Positions 1-9,265 are shown, numbered from the stretch's first letter. The stretch is DNA of 64,000 nucleotides from an uncultured Alphaproteobacteria bacterium (GCA_944393195.1 CALXZG010000002.1:33646-97645), one strand, 5' to 3'. Notes: generated from the letters alone by a model not told the origin. Translations and numbers: made by a program.

Positions 1-786
1 CTCTGTCGTGACACCGTTTTCCGTTTTTTTCTGCGAATACGTTCCGTCCGGATTTGTTGTCAATTCGAACGAATCTCCGTTTTCATCCTTCTTTGCGTAC
101 GTCTGAACACCGGTTGTGGGATCCTTTGATTGTTTTTCATAAGCAATCACCTCCCCGGATTTATCCGTCGTTTCTCTAAAAATAGAATCCCCGTTTATCC
201 GTTCAACCGTCTTTGTTCCGTCCGCCGTTACCGTTTCGCTGACAACCGCTTCTCGCGTCGTTCCGTCCGCATTCTGAATCGTCGTCACCGTTTTCTTTTC
301 CGTGTAGCCGTCCGCTTTTGTGAAAGAGGTTTCCGTCGTATTTCCGTTCTGAACAACCGTCCTTTTGGTACCGAAGGCATCCTCATACTGCGTTGTCTTT
401 TTTCCTGAGGCTTCCGTCGTCACTGTCTGCGTAACACCATTCTTGGTCGTTGTCACAACATTCGATCCGTCCGTTTTTGTTTCCGTTTTGGTCGTGCTTC
501 CGTCTTTGGCCTTCACCGTCACAACGGTTGACCCATCCGCATTTTTCGTCGTATTTGTCGTTGCGCCCGTCCGATAGTCCTTCGTTGACGTATATGTGCC
601 CAACGTTTCCGTCCGTGATAAAGTCGCCCCTTCCTTACTCCGAACAATTGTGATGTTTCCGTCAACAACCGTTACCGTCCCGTCCGGATTCGTTGTTTCA
701 ACCGGTACCGCCCATACAGGCTCAACCACACCGATAGCCGCAATTAAAGCAATACCGCAAACTGTTGTTAAAAGATGATTTTGCAT
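1..786 (-). CDS. secreted Thr/Asp/Gly-rich repeat protein, truncated by the window edge (first 262 codons present)
   Basis: Absent from the ORF track because it runs off the window. The reverse strand is open for all 262 codons from the ATG at 786, with a GGAAGGAG Shine-Dalgarno just upstream. The N-terminus MQNHLLTTVCGIALIAAIGVVEPVWA looks like a Sec signal peptide. The body consists of reiterated xDG(T/S)xx(V/T) motifs. The + strand ORFs at 130-778 are antisense shadows of this gene. Confidence 0.75.
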   Translation of the reverse strand, partial: MQNHLLTTVCGIALIAAIGVVEPVWAVPVETTNPDGTVTVVDGNITIVRSKEGATLSRTETLGTYTSTKDYRTGATTNTTKNADGSTVVTVKAKDGSTTKTETKTDGSNVVTTTKNGVTQTVTTEASGKKTTQYEDAFGTKRTVVQNGNTTETSFTKADGYTEKKTVTTIQNADGTTREAVVSETVTADGTKTVERINGDSIFRETTDKSGEVIAYEKQSKDPTTGVQTYAKKDENGDSFELTTNPDGTYSQKKTENGVTTE

Positions 787-804
787 GACCTATCTCCTTC
801 CCTT

Positions 805-2013
805 TTATCGTCCACTCTGTAAGCGATTGAATCGTGCTGCCTGCCCCGCCTTTATTCCGGAAGCCGTCACCCGCGCCGTTTTCGGCTCACCGCCCATTTC
901 CCAACTGCGCGCAATATCCGGTGCTTTGTTTAAAACACGCTGACTGTGCAATGCCTGAATTTCTTCCGTCTTCCCTTCTGTTGCGGCACTGACACGATTT
1001 CCTTCATCCGTCAAAGCAACGGCAACACCTCCATGCTGATCCGCAACCTGAATTGTCGGATACCGTTCATCCGGATACCCGATGACAACCTGTTCCGATG
1101 CCTCTCCGGCCGCCGCATCGCCCGCTTCAACCCGTAAATTAAAACGATAATCTCCCAAAGCGACATTAAACCGCGTTCCCGCCATCGGCCGTGACTCACC
1201 CGACAAATGAGACGGCATCGTTGTCATTAACAAAGAAGTACATCCTTTGTTGGCCTGACTCGGCAAAACGCCTAAACCGAACACAATCACATTGTCCGGA
1301 TTGGCCGTATCCTGAATGTAAATCACCGCATCCGCCGTTTTGTCATAATTAGCCCCATTACTGACCGCTTCCGATAATTCTTTGCGAATCATGGTGACAG
1401 GACTTAATTGTAACGGCTCCGGCTCAAAAAATTGATCCCCTCCTGTGTCTTCCAACAATTGAGAAGTTGTCAACCGCCCCTCACGATGATACTCGGCCGG
1501 TGTCTTATCCGGATGATCCCAAACCGGTTCTCCGGCCGGTCGGGATGAATCGTTAACGATCGGCGTATAGCTTCCCGTTTTCCGAAACGTTTCCTCTGCC
1601 TCCCGCGCCATCCGTTCGGCTAATTGGCTCTGGTATTCTTGTTGTGACATCTTTTGTGTTTTTTGAACCAAAGTCCTTTTCTCCGGCATCCGATGTTGCG
1701 TTTCTGTTTGTGACGATCTTGACGCATAATATCCGCCAATACCAATGGCTGCCAAAAGGATCAATAACCCCTTGTTAAACCGTTTATACGTCCATGCCAA
1801 CGGCTTTAAAACCAGATATTGAATCGGCTTCCATACCCCATACTTCAATACCTTTCCGACAATAGATCCCCTCTTGGCCCGAGGACGCTCTGCCACCCCT
1901 CCATCACGCTCTGATTCCCGTCCTTTTCCGATGGATTCCCCTCTTGGCTCAGAAGCGATTTCTGTATAATCTCTTTTATCCTCTACTGTGTAATCTCTTG
2001 TTTCACGTGCCAT
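805..2013 (-). CDS. hypothetical single-pass membrane protein
   Basis: 402-aa ORF with a GGAGG Shine-Dalgarno before the ATG at 2013. It has a charged N-terminus, one hydrophobic helix (LLILLAAIGIGGYYA) and a large C-terminal domain. I recognise no family motif. It lies in tandem with the 1-786 gene. Confidence 0.6.
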   Translation of the reverse strand: MARETRDYTVEDKRDYTEIASEPRGESIGKGRESERDGGVAERPRAKRGSIVGKVLKYGVWKPIQYLVLKPLAWTYKRFNKGLLILLAAIGIGGYYASRSSQTETQHRMPEKRTLVQKTQKMSQQEYQSQLAERMAREAEETFRKTGSYTPIVNDSSRPAGEPVWDHPDKTPAEYHREGRLTTSQLLEDTGGDQFFEPEPLQLSPVTMIRKELSEAVSNGANYDKTADAVIYIQDTANPDNVIVFGLGVLPSQANKGCTSLLMTTMPSHLSGESRPMAGTRFNVALGDYRFNLRVEAGDAAAGEASEQVVIGYPDERYPTIQVADQHGGVAVALTDEGNRVSAATEGKTEEIQALHSQRVLNKAPDIARSWEMGGEPKTARVTASGIKAGQAARFNRLQSGR

Positions 2014-2093
2014 GGCTGACCTCCATTTATATATGCCTTTTCTTTTATTATACTGTCGAACCGCTTTTTTGTAAATACTTTTTCACAAACTCA

Positions 2094-2122
2094 AAAAAAC
2101 GGCCGGCAAAACCGACCGTTTT
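2094..2122 (-). terminator. rho-independent terminator downstream of ndk
   Basis: On the minus strand the hairpin ACGGTCGG-TTTT-GCCGGCCGT is followed by a T7 run. Confidence 0.6.
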
Positions 2123-2137
2123 GGACTTGATATACCG

Positions 2138-2560
2138 TTAACCGGCAATTTCACATCCGCTGAACCAATACCCGATTTCCCGAGCCGCACTAGCCTCCGA
2201 ATCCGACCCATGCACACTGTTGCACGGCAAAGGCAACCCGAATTCCGCCCGCAAAGTCCCCGGCGCGGCCAAATCCCGATTTTTATCCCCCATTAACTCC
2301 CGATAATCGGCAATTGCGTTTTCTTTTTCCAAAACCTGAACCACCACCGGTCCGGCCGTCATCGATTCCACCAATCCGTCAAAGAAGGGCTTTCCTTCAT
2401 GCTCGGCATAAAACCCGCGTGCTTGATCCACACTCATTTTAATCCGCTTCTGCGCCACAATCCGAAACCCGGCCGCTTCAATTTTAGCGTTAATAGCCCC
2501 CGTAATGTTCCGTTCCGTTGCATCCGGCTTAATCATTGAAAAAGTACGTTGAATAGTCAT
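2138..2560 (-). CDS. ndk: nucleoside diphosphate kinase
   Basis: 140 aa. Near-canonical NDK sequence: [27 protein letters not shown] and the active-site region NSVHGSDS. Confidence 0.95.
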   Translation of the reverse strand: MTIQRTFSMIKPDATERNITGAINAKIEAAGFRIVAQKRIKMSVDQARGFYAEHEGKPFFDGLVESMTAGPVVVQVLEKENAIADYRELMGDKNRDLAAPGTLRAEFGLPLPCNSVHGSDSEASAAREIGYWFSGCEIAG

Positions 2561-2693
2561 TTTTTCTCCTTCTGTTCATGTCATTTCGACAGATGATGTA
2601 CCATATACCATCTGACTTGTCAACCATTCTGATTTCTCTCGACTGGACTTCCTGTCAAAAATATGCTATATTGTTGCAACAAAGGAGAAAACC

Positions 2694-3086
2694 ATGACAC
2701 AATCCAAAGCACCGTCCCAACGCCAATTGCGCGTCGCCGAAGAAATTCGCCATGTTCTGGGACGTCAATTTTCCGAAGACAACCTGTTTATAGACGGGCT
2801 GAAACCGGCTTATGATATGATTACCGAAGTCACCGTTTCGCCTGACCTGTCCTACGCCACCGTTTTGATCCGCGCCATCGCACCGGTCAATACACTGGAA
2901 CAAGTCACCCTGCTCAACGCCCACAAAGGTGTTTTTCGGAAAGAAATCGGTCGTAAAGTCAAATTGCGCATCGTCCCCGATATTCTCTTTCGTCCGGATC
3001 TTCAGTTTGAAGAAACCAATCGGATGGACGATATCTTGAACGATCCGCGCGTCCGCGCCGACGTTGCCAAATACGCCGACGATTAA
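2694..3086 (+). CDS. rbfA: ribosome-binding factor A
   Basis: 130 aa. Contains the RVAEEIRHVLG-type RbfA N-terminus and sits immediately upstream of truB, the conserved order. Confidence 0.9.
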   Translation: MTQSKAPSQRQLRVAEEIRHVLGRQFSEDNLFIDGLKPAYDMITEVTVSPDLSYATVLIRAIAPVNTLEQVTLLNAHKGVFRKEIGRKVKLRIVPDILFRPDLQFEETNRMDDILNDPRVRADVAKYADD

Positions 3087-3088
3087 TC

Positions 3089-4009
3089 ATGCCGACACCC
3101 CGTCATCACATTAACGGCTGGCTGATTATTGATAAGCCCTATTCTCTCGGCTCAACCACCGTTGTCGCCCGACTGAAAAAAGCCCTTTCCCCGACTAAAA
3201 TAGGCCACGCCGGAACGTTGGATCCCTTGGCCTCGGGCATCTTACCCATTGCGTTGGGACAGGCTACCCGCCTCATCCCCTATGTCATGGACGGTCAAAA
3301 AACATACGAATTTCAAATCACTTGGGGTGCCGAAACCACGACGGACGATAGCGAAGGAACGATTACCCAAACAACCGCCGACCGACCGACTGAGGCTGAA
3401 ATTAAAGCCGCCCTGCCCGCCTTCATCGGTACCATCAATCAATTACCACCGGCTTATTCTGCCCTCAAAATCAACGGGCATCGCGCTTATGATTTAGCCC
3501 GTAGCGGTCGGGAAGTTTCCCTTGCACCCCGTCCCATCCGTATTGATACGCTGGAATTACTCCGCACCACAACCGATACCGCCGATTTTCGTGTCTCTTG
3601 CGGCAAAGGCACCTACGTTCGCGCTCTGGGACGGGATATCGGTCGCCGCCTCGGTTGCCTCGGCTATATTACCCACCTGCGCCGCACCGCTTGCGGTCCC
3701 TTTACGCTCGCCGACGCGGTTCAGCTGGATACGTTGACCACACCCCCGCTCCCCGATCCTATTCCCCTGCTACCGTTGGAAAAAGCCCTTAACCATATGC
3801 CAACCTTAACCGTTCCGCCCGCCGAAGCCCATCGCCTGAGCCAAGGCCAACGACTGGCCCTTAAACCATTGTCCGCCGGCCTTTCCCGCCCCGTTTCCGA
3901 AGATGAAGTAGCGTGCCTTCTGTGCGCCGGTCATGTGCTGGGCTTAGTCAAAATCGCCCATAATACCATCCACCCCTATCGCATTTTTGCGGATAACATT
4001 TCCTCTTGA
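3089..4009 (+). CDS. truB: tRNA pseudouridine-55 synthase
   Basis: 306 aa. Contains the catalytic GHAGTLDPLASGILPIALGQATR motif. Confidence 0.95.
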   Translation: MPTPRHHINGWLIIDKPYSLGSTTVVARLKKALSPTKIGHAGTLDPLASGILPIALGQATRLIPYVMDGQKTYEFQITWGAETTTDDSEGTITQTTADRPTEAEIKAALPAFIGTINQLPPAYSALKINGHRAYDLARSGREVSLAPRPIRIDTLELLRTTTDTADFRVSCGKGTYVRALGRDIGRRLGCLGYITHLRRTACGPFTLADAVQLDTLTTPPLPDPIPLLPLEKALNHMPTLTVPPAEAHRLSQGQRLALKPLSAGLSRPVSEDEVACLLCAGHVLGLVKIAHNTIHPYRIFADNISS

Positions 4010-4067
4010 TAGGGTAAAACTGTGTCGGATATTCCGTTTTTCGTCAACACAATAATTCCATTAACCT

Positions 4068-4328
4068 TTACCGTATATTCTGCTGATAAATCGAATTAAA
4101 TATCGTCTTATTTGCATTTGTTTCTGCCGCCACAGGCTTTCGATTATTCGCATTCCCCATAGCCCACGCCAACGCCGACCGATGAATACCGGATTTTTGG
4201 GGAGGCGTTAAACCGATTGTCTCTGCCAACCGCCGCTCCACACCATCCATTCCCGACCATTCCCAAACATACGGATAACCCCCGTTATTGGAATTTAAAT
4301 TATTATCAACAACAACATCAAAATACAC
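4068..4328 (-). CDS. hypothetical small protein (possibly a gene fragment)
   Basis: 86-aa ORF at the edge of an AT-rich segment. No recognisable motif and no clear RBS. Confidence 0.3.
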   Translation of the reverse strand: MYFDVVVDNNLNSNNGGYPYVWEWSGMDGVERRLAETIGLTPPQKSGIHRSALAWAMGNANNRKPVAAETNANKTIFNSIYQQNIR

Positions 4329-4344
4329 CTTCTCTGAATATTCT

Positions 4345-4377
4345 AAAACCCTCTCCCTGTTGGGAGGTTTCTTTGTG
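4345..4377. repeat. direct-repeat copy 1 (hairpin CCTCCC-loop-GGGAGG plus TTTCTTT); partner at 5861-5891
   Basis: aaaaccctctccctgttgggaggtttctttgtg compared with aaaaccctccctgtcgggaggtttctttatg. The two copies bracket the AT-rich hydrolase segment. Confidence 0.7.
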
Positions 4378-4411
4378 ACAATACTTAACTCACAGTTTCC
4401 GAGCTGAAAAC

Positions 4412-5428
4412 TTATTTCAAGTTATCTCTGAAAAACTGAGTTATTTTATCAAATGGAATAACATCTGTTTTATCGTATAAATCTGTATGGTTAGCATTGG
4501 GAATAATCATCAGTTCCTTGTTATTGCCAGCCAGTTTTTTATAAGCATCTTCGCTGAAATAACGACTGTGTGCATTTTCACCGTGAATCATAAGAACCGC
4601 ACTTTTTATTTCATCGCTATAAGCCAAGATAGGCATATTAATAAATGACAAAGAAGATGTCATATTCCAACCGGTATTTGAATTTTTAGAACGTTTATGA
4701 TATCCGCGCGGAGTTTTATAATAATCGTAATAATCTTTAACAAACTGCGGTTCTTCTCCTGTCAATTTATCAGGAAGCCCGACCTCTGCGGCATAAGTTC
4801 CGTTTCTAAAGTCTTTCGTACGTTGAGCATTGAGTTTTTCTTTTAGCCGATAACGATCCTCTTTACTCATCACATCAAAATATCCATTAGCATTCACTCT
4901 GCTCATATCATACATTGTTAACGTAACCGTAGCCTTAATTCTTGTATCCATCGCCGCTGCATTTAAAGCAAAACCACCAAACCCGCAAATTCCTATAATA
5001 CCTATTTTATTGGTATCAACATTATCTTGTATACTCAAAAAATCAACCGCGGCGCTCATATCTTCCGTATTAATATCCGGCGACGCTACCAAACGCGGAT
5101 TTCCACCGCTTTCTCCCGTATAAGATGGATCAAATGCCAGTGTAATAAAGCCTCTTTCCGCCATTGTCTGCGCATACAGGCCGGATGATTGCTCTTTAAC
5201 TGCTCCAAAAGGACCAGCAACAGCAATCGCTGGTAATTTTTCTGCCGTTTTATTTTTAGGAATATATAAATCCCCAACCAATTCAATACCATACCGATTT
5301 TTAAACTTTACTTTTCTGACCGTAACATTGTCACTTTTGGTAAAAGTTTTATCCCATACATTTGCAGAATAAAACCACCAGGTCAAAATTGCCGCTATAA
5401 TAGTCAATAAAGATAATCCAACCTTCAT
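4412..5428 (-). CDS. alpha/beta-hydrolase fold protein with N-terminal membrane anchor or signal
   Basis: Start moved to the ATG at 5428, which has a GGAGGA Shine-Dalgarno 5 nt upstream. The N-terminus is MKVGLSLLTIIAAILTWWF. A nucleophile-elbow-like stretch IGIIGICGFGG and the motifs AVLMIHG and NHTDLY are typical of the fold. The gene is markedly more AT-rich than its surroundings. Confidence 0.7.
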   Translation of the reverse strand: MKVGLSLLTIIAAILTWWFYSANVWDKTFTKSDNVTVRKVKFKNRYGIELVGDLYIPKNKTAEKLPAIAVAGPFGAVKEQSSGLYAQTMAERGFITLAFDPSYTGESGGNPRLVASPDINTEDMSAAVDFLSIQDNVDTNKIGIIGICGFGGFALNAAAMDTRIKATVTLTMYDMSRVNANGYFDVMSKEDRYRLKEKLNAQRTKDFRNGTYAAEVGLPDKLTGEEPQFVKDYYDYYKTPRGYHKRSKNSNTGWNMTSSLSFINMPILAYSDEIKSAVLMIHGENAHSRYFSEDAYKKLAGNNKELMIIPNANHTDLYDKTDVIPFDKITQFFRDNLK

Positions 5429-5740
5429 ATTTTCCTCCAAAAAATAACTAATAAATATCAAACAAAGAAATGATAATTTTTAGAGTATACTCTAAGTCAA
5501 GATAAATTTTTTTAATGTGAATGTTTTTTATTTATGAAAACAACATTATGATTTAATAATAAGCCAACAATCCCAATACATAACGAGATTAAAACAAACT
5601 TATTGAAAAATAAATTATTATCATCAAATAAGCTCGAAAAATTCTCCCCAAATGGCATTTTCAAAAAACAAACTTTCAAACTCGATCAACCACTTAATTT
5701 ATAAAATAAAAACAGCATTTTTTATACCTACCATTTGTGT

Positions 5741-5759
5741 TGGCGACCCTAACGGGATT
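5741..5759 (-). repeat. 19-nt perfect duplicate of the tRNA-Glu 3' end (att-like remnant)
   Basis: tggcgaccctaacgggatt occurs at 5741-5759 and again at 5891-5909, the real tRNA 3' end, in the same orientation. Confidence 0.7.
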
Positions 5760-5860
5760 CATTCGGCAAGCCTCACCCCTTACGGGGCCGCCTACGGCGT
5801 TACCTTCGTTTCACTTCGGTCGAACCCTACGGCTTCAAATTTTCTGCGAAATCGCATAAA

Positions 5861-5891
5861 AAAACCCTCCCTGTCGGGAGGTTTCTTTATG
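5861..5891 (-). terminator. hairpin terminator directly after tRNA-Glu; also direct-repeat copy 2
   Basis: On the minus strand CCTCCC-GACA-GGGAGG is followed by GTTTTTTT. The sequence is repeated at 4345-4377. Confidence 0.65.
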
Positions 5892-5965
5892 GCGACCCTA
5901 ACGGGATTTGAACCCGTGTACCGGCCTTGAGAGGGCCGTATCCTAACCGCTAGATGATAGGGTCT
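5891..5965 (-). tRNA. tRNA-Glu (anticodon CUC)
   Basis: 75-nt cloverleaf folded by hand. Acceptor stem GACCCTA/TAGGGTC, anticodon stem CGGCC/GGCCG, loop CTCTCAA, T-loop TTCAAAT, and an encoded CCA. Confidence 0.9.
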
Positions 5966-6016
5966 TAATGCGGGAAACAGTATACGCCGCTACCGATTAA
6001 AAATCAAGCATTTTCA

Positions 6017-6322
6017 TTAAGCGGTAAACATTTTCTGCAACAATTGCAAAATTTGCCGATGCGTTTCCCGGGGCAGTGTCCCGATTTTTTCAATCAAAGC
6101 CGCTTTCGGAACCGCGCGCACCATATCCAATGCGATTTGCCCCTGTTTTCCCTTTAACCGAACCCCGATACGACACGGAAAAGCCCGCTCAACCATCGTA
6201 ATCGGCGCAACAATTAAGTATGGCAAAGCTGCATTCATTTCATCGGGAGAAACCACCACACACGGTTTAGCCTTTCCCCGCGAATCACACATAAAAACAT
6301 CAAATCGCACTACCATTCCCAT
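6017..6322 (-). CDS. type II toxin, MazF/PemK-family endoribonuclease
   Basis: 101 aa. PemK-like pattern (KPCVVVSPDEMN ... IVAPIT ... IALDMVRAV). Overlaps the upstream antitoxin ORF by 13 nt. Confidence 0.8.
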   Translation of the reverse strand: MGMVVRFDVFMCDSRGKAKPCVVVSPDEMNAALPYLIVAPITMVERAFPCRIGVRLKGKQGQIALDMVRAVPKAALIEKIGTLPRETHRQILQLLQKMFTA

Positions 6323-6528
6323 TCTCCCCGTTCACGCACCGGATTTTCTTTTACATCCGCTTCAAAAGCTTGTTGCCAAGTCGCTCGCACCCCGTCCGCC
6401 GGAGCCAAAATGATCTGCCCGTCCGCGACACTGAGTTCCGCCTCAGTCCCCAATCCACACGCTTGAATCACACCTTTCGGTAAACGGACCCCCATTGAAT
6501 TTCCGATTTTAATTAATTTAATCCGCAT
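6310..6528 (-). CDS. type II antitoxin, AbrB/MazE/SpoVT-type
   Basis: 72 aa. The N-terminus MRIKLIKIGNSMGVRLPKGV is the looped-hinge-helix signature. The gene is coupled to the MazF-like ORF. Confidence 0.8.
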   Translation of the reverse strand: MRIKLIKIGNSMGVRLPKGVIQACGLGTEAELSVADGQIILAPADGVRATWQQAFEADVKENPVRERGEWEW

Positions 6529-6529
6529 C

Positions 6530-8050
6530 CTACTTTCCTTTCAAAACATCGGCTAAAACCATATACAACCGCCCTGCGTCCGATCCGATTACAATGCTGA
6601 GCAACAACTTGTTTCCATCATCCTGCCCAACCTGCTGCGTCATTTTTTCAAAAGCCGCCATATATCCCTGCGCCGCCGTCCGGAAAGCCCGATTGCTTTG
6701 ATACATTTCTTTCATTTTCTTGGCTGTACCACTCCCCAATTCCGTCCGAATATGCCGCATAAAGACTGCCTTATCTCCGCTATAATAGCGTTCCCACAAC
6801 GTTTCTTCGGCTTTCGGCGAAAATAAATGCGCCATATCCACGGATAATGTTTGCAACTGATCTAAAATAGCCGCCGCTTCGGCTAACATGTCCTTTTCAT
6901 CCTTTCCCCCGGCCAAAGGATGCGCCGCTATCTGACGCCCAACCGACTCCATTTGCTCCCCGACCGCACCTAAATCATCTTTTAAAGCCATCGCCGCTGT
7001 TCGGAAAGCCGCTGTCTGCCGCGTTAAAGCCCCGCCGGCTTGTTCAAACTGAGTCACCGCCTGTTCGGCCGTCCCCTGTAACCGACGCGCACTGTCCGCC
7101 ATACCGGATTCAACAACGGCAATCCGATTGGCAATTTTACCGACTTCCTGATCCAACAACTCACCTTGCGCCCGAAAAACAGACAACACCTTTTCTAAAT
7201 TACCGAACAACCGCGCATTCTGTTTGTGCGCATCGGTTTCATACATATCCACTGCCGCTTCAATTTTTTGCGCCGCCGTCGCTAAATCCTGAGTTGTCTG
7301 ACCCGCTTGAACCGTCGCCGCTCCAATTCGATTATTGACCGCATCGATCGCATTGATTAAAGATTGTAAATGATCCGCCCGACCGCTCAATGTTTGCGCC
7401 AAAGACTCTGTTTCTGCCACACTCTGCGTTGTTACGCGCTGTAAAATAACCGCCTGCTCCGAAAATAAATTCGCTGCCTGTTGGGTTTGCTCTGTTGCTC
7501 CCGCTGTTGCCTCAGATAAAGCCCGAATATGCTCCGCAATCTCCCGAACCGAAGACACCGTCTGGGTATCCACATGATTGATCACCGTCCCTAAATCCGC
7601 AATCCAATGCTTCAAATCATCCCGAACCGATTGCGTTTGCTCATTAACTTCATTGAAAACACTACGAAATTCCTGAATTTGCGCCCGCAACGCATCCGTC
7701 AGAGTTTTGGTATAAATAGCCCCCTCCTCCGTCGGATACACTAATTCATTTAAATACGCCCGCAACGTTTCCGCTTCATCCGCTAATTGCTCGGATCGGT
7801 CAAAATAGGCACAAACCAACCAAACAACCAACACCGGCAAACACAAGCCGCCTAGTCCACCGACAAGCTCGGCCGGTGATAAATCAGCTCTGGCCGCCCA
7901 CCATCCGGCCGTTCGTAAATAATTGATAACAAAAGCTAACCAAATAACACCAAAGACAATGGAAACAATCACACCTTTTTTGCGCCAAATAGCCGGCCGA
8001 ACCGGTGTATCCTCTTCAAATAACACTTGTTTTTGAATTTTCTTGGGCAT
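6530..8050 (-). CDS. hypothetical membrane-anchored coiled-coil protein
   Basis: 506 aa. Two N-terminal hydrophobic helices are followed by a long Q/A/T/E-rich helical region. No catalytic motif recognised. Confidence 0.6.
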   Translation of the reverse strand: MPKKIQKQVLFEEDTPVRPAIWRKKGVIVSIVFGVIWLAFVINYLRTAGWWAARADLSPAELVGGLGGLCLPVLVVWLVCAYFDRSEQLADEAETLRAYLNELVYPTEEGAIYTKTLTDALRAQIQEFRSVFNEVNEQTQSVRDDLKHWIADLGTVINHVDTQTVSSVREIAEHIRALSEATAGATEQTQQAANLFSEQAVILQRVTTQSVAETESLAQTLSGRADHLQSLINAIDAVNNRIGAATVQAGQTTQDLATAAQKIEAAVDMYETDAHKQNARLFGNLEKVLSVFRAQGELLDQEVGKIANRIAVVESGMADSARRLQGTAEQAVTQFEQAGGALTRQTAAFRTAAMALKDDLGAVGEQMESVGRQIAAHPLAGGKDEKDMLAEAAAILDQLQTLSVDMAHLFSPKAEETLWERYYSGDKAVFMRHIRTELGSGTAKKMKEMYQSNRAFRTAAQGYMAAFEKMTQQVGQDDGNKLLLSIVIGSDAGRLYMVLADVLKGK

Positions 8051-8119
8051 ACAAACCTCCTTCGGTATATATCAATTCATTTCTACTATACCGAATTTTC
8101 ATCCCGAAATCAAGAAAAA

Positions 8120-8197
8120 TAATTACATCGTAATTACTTTTTAATGTGGTAATTACAAAATAATTACTTTCCTATTTTGAAATTACATTGTAATTAC
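8120..8197 (+). promoter_or_regulatory. array of three TAATTAC-N4-TAATTAC direct-repeat boxes at 30-bp period; putative operator or iteron-like sites
   Basis: Boxes at 8120/8131, 8150/8161 and 8180/8191, the last starting AAATTAC. Every pair has exact 7+4+7 spacing. The array lies 70-150 bp upstream of the 6530-8050 gene on the opposite strand. Confidence 0.5.
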
Positions 8198-8236
8198 ATT
8201 ATTAGAAACAAGAACACAATACGTTGATACACATCC

Positions 8237-9265
8237 TTAACGCCGTAACCGGGCGGCTCTAGCCGTAATTTGGGTCACGGTACGGGCTAAAATCAATTCC
8301 GGCGGTAAACCGGTACTTTTTGTTTGCCGCTCTGTCCCCAAAAGCAATTCCAATACTTTAAAAATATACTCTTTTTTCCACATCATGACTTGTCGCCGCA
8401 TTGTTTCTTCTAACCGAAACTGGGCGGGTTTCAGGATTTTTTTAACAGCGGTATCCAATGTTCCCCCTTGCGCCATGATATCCGCCGCAATTAATAAGTT
8501 ATTGAAATGATTTGTTAAGATACGAACCAAACCAACCGGGTTTTCGCCGTTTGACAATAATAAAGCCGCCGCATGATCGGCCGTTTTTTGATTTCCTTCG
8601 GCAACCGCACAACAAAAAATATCGGCTGACGTATTCGCCGTATCGGTCACAACCGCCGCAACATCGGCCGCTGTCACCGTTTTTTGATCACCCAAATAAA
8701 CCATCAACTTTTCCAATTCCCGCCGCGTCGCCAATCGATTTTCATTCAACCGCTCCACCAACATCGGCATAGCTTTTGGATCAACCGAAAAACCGGCGGA
8801 TGATAATGTTTCCCGAATAAATACGGCCACATCTTTGGCTTCATCCGCATAACAGGCAACCGTTAATATATCCGGACACGTTTCACAAAACACCCGTAAA
8901 GCCGATGATTTTGTTAAATTATCCGCCGTGATGAGTAAAAAAGAATCCGTCTGCACATGTTCAACAAAAGACGTAACGGCTTCCTCCGCATGATTATCCG
9001 CATCCCGTAACCAAATCAGACGCCGCCCCCCCATCAACATCACACTGTTGCCTTCATCCAACAACAAACTCGGCGTTTCACGTAATTGCGCCGGCATGAC
9101 ACGACATACGGCAAAACTGTCCTGCATATCCGATACAATTAAGCCTGCTATTTTCGCGGCCGTTTCCTGTACCACACCAAAATCAGGTCCGAAAATCAAA
9201 GCCCCCTTAAACCGTCCCTGGATTTGCGGCTTTAATGCATCGATTTGATAGGCTTTTGCTTTCAC
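8237..9265 (-). CDS. holA: DNA polymerase III delta subunit
   Basis: 342 aa. Position directly downstream of lptE is the conserved lptE-holA order. The N-terminal region ALIFGPDFGVVQE is HolA-like. Confidence 0.75.
   Translation of the reverse strand: MKAKAYQIDALKPQIQGRFKGALIFGPDFGVVQETAAKIAGLIVSDMQDSFAVCRVMPAQLRETPSLLLDEGNSVMLMGGRRLIWLRDADNHAEEAVTSFVEHVQTDSFLLITADNLTKSSALRVFCETCPDILTVACYADEAKDVAVFIRETLSSAGFSVDPKAMPMLVERLNENRLATRRELEKLMVYLGDQKTVTAADVAAVVTDTANTSADIFCCAVAEGNQKTADHAAALLLSNGENPVGLVRILTNHFNNLLIAADIMAQGGTLDTAVKKILKPAQFRLEETMRRQVMMWKKEYIFKVLELLLGTERQTKSTGLPPELILARTVTQITARAARLRR

Noticed and set aside
130-778. Four + strand ORFs (60-92 aa) at the window start
   Set aside because: They overlap in several frames and encode low-complexity R/F/V-rich strings. 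The opposite strand carries one uninterrupted 262-codon frame with an RBS and a signal peptide, so these ORFs are antisense shadows.
1996-2011. tgtttcacgtgccatg, considered as a third parS
   Set aside because: Only the left half-site matches. The right half is the start codon region of the 805-2013 gene.
5652-5930. ORF 5652-5930 (+) and ORF 36901-37149 (-)
   Set aside because: They overlap tRNA-Glu and tRNA-Leu respectively and have no RBS. They are artefacts of open frames across tRNA genes.
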